A stretch of 64,000 nt of DNA. Origin: Malacoraja senta (taxonomy: Eukaryota). The notes under the pieces were generated by a model. It saw only the letters and a program-made list of their open reading frames with translations, did no database searches and had not been told where the DNA came from. Positions 63,334 through 64,000 of this stretch are shown piece after piece. The translations under genes were made by a program, and so were the position numbers. Each line of letters begins with the position of its first letter. Positions within the stretch are counted from its first letter, which is position 1. The stretch lies in contig CM075992.1 of the NCBI GenBank assembly GCA_038087875.1, forward strand, positions 7,380,001-7,444,000, read 5' to 3'.

Positions 63334-64000
63334 GTAGGTGGGTGAAACCCGCTGGTTCTTGTCTGACACAAGGTAGACAGCGCTTTTGTCTCGGTGATCT
63401 ATCTGCATTGTTTGACATGCTAATCTCCTCATTTTGAAATTCTTTGTTCACATTAGAATTACCCTGCAAATTTTTCATATTGCATGAGACAAGCTGACCT
63501 TGACCTCCACTGGTATCTGGAACTGTGTAAATAATAAGAAATTCGCAGCAGCTTAAATCCATGATACTTTGGATCTGCTCTGCCTTTCAGTATGATCGCC
63601 GCTGAATTCCCCTTTCCTCCTCTCACCAGGTTTAGGTATATTATTGTCACGTGCACAATGGTACAGTGAAAGGCTTTGTTTTGCTTGTTTAGTTTAGTTT
63701 ACAACTACAGGATGGAAACGGGCCCTTCGGCCCACCGAGTCCGCACCGACCAGCGATCCCCGCTCATTAACCCTATCCTACACACACTAGGGACAATGTT
63801 ACACCAAGCCAATTAACCTACACACCTTTAAATCTTTGGAGTGTGGGAGGAAACCGAAGATCTCGGTGAAAACCCACGCGGACACGGAGCAAATGTACTG
63901 ACTCCGTACAGACAGCACCCGTAGTCGGGATCGAACCCGGGTCTCTAGAGCTGCAAACGCTGTAGGCAGCAACTCTACCACTGCGCCACCGTTGTCGCCC

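Noticed and set aside
4296..64000. tRNA genes suggested by GGTGGCGCAG..GGTTCGATCC boxes
   Set aside because: All are SINE heads continuing into the SINE body; no complete cloverleaf with terminator.

Overview
Repeat-dense vertebrate genomic DNA, most likely from a cartilaginous fish (skate/ray-like; inferred from HE1-type tRNA-derived SINEs and HER1/CR1-type LINE 3' ends). A 200-N scaffold gap at 21788-21987 splits the window. Right of the gap are 11 coding exons of the 5' half of PNPLA6 (neuropathy target esterase; + strand, about 26238-63333, continuing past the window). Left of the gap are eight 72-75 nt phase-1/phase-1 micro-exons that the ORF track does not resolve as a gene. They splice into a 197-codon coiled-coil repeat in which six of seven exon junctions create an N-glycosylation sequon, probably the neck/stalk of a CD209/CD23-like type II C-type lectin. 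One of these exons was recently duplicated. The introns carry a near-intact Passport-like Tc1 transposon with a D-to-E change in its catalytic triad, PIF/Harbinger-, pogo- and hAT/P-like MITEs, a solo LTR, a rearranged Gypsy remnant and Penelope fragments. They also carry many short Penelope 3'-end units containing a minimal type I hammerhead ribozyme motif (CTGAAGA-A-GGGTCTCGACCC-GAAACGTC). These units are often arranged as palindromes and flanked by 11-17 bp target-site duplications. All family and orthology calls rest on recalled motifs, not database searches.
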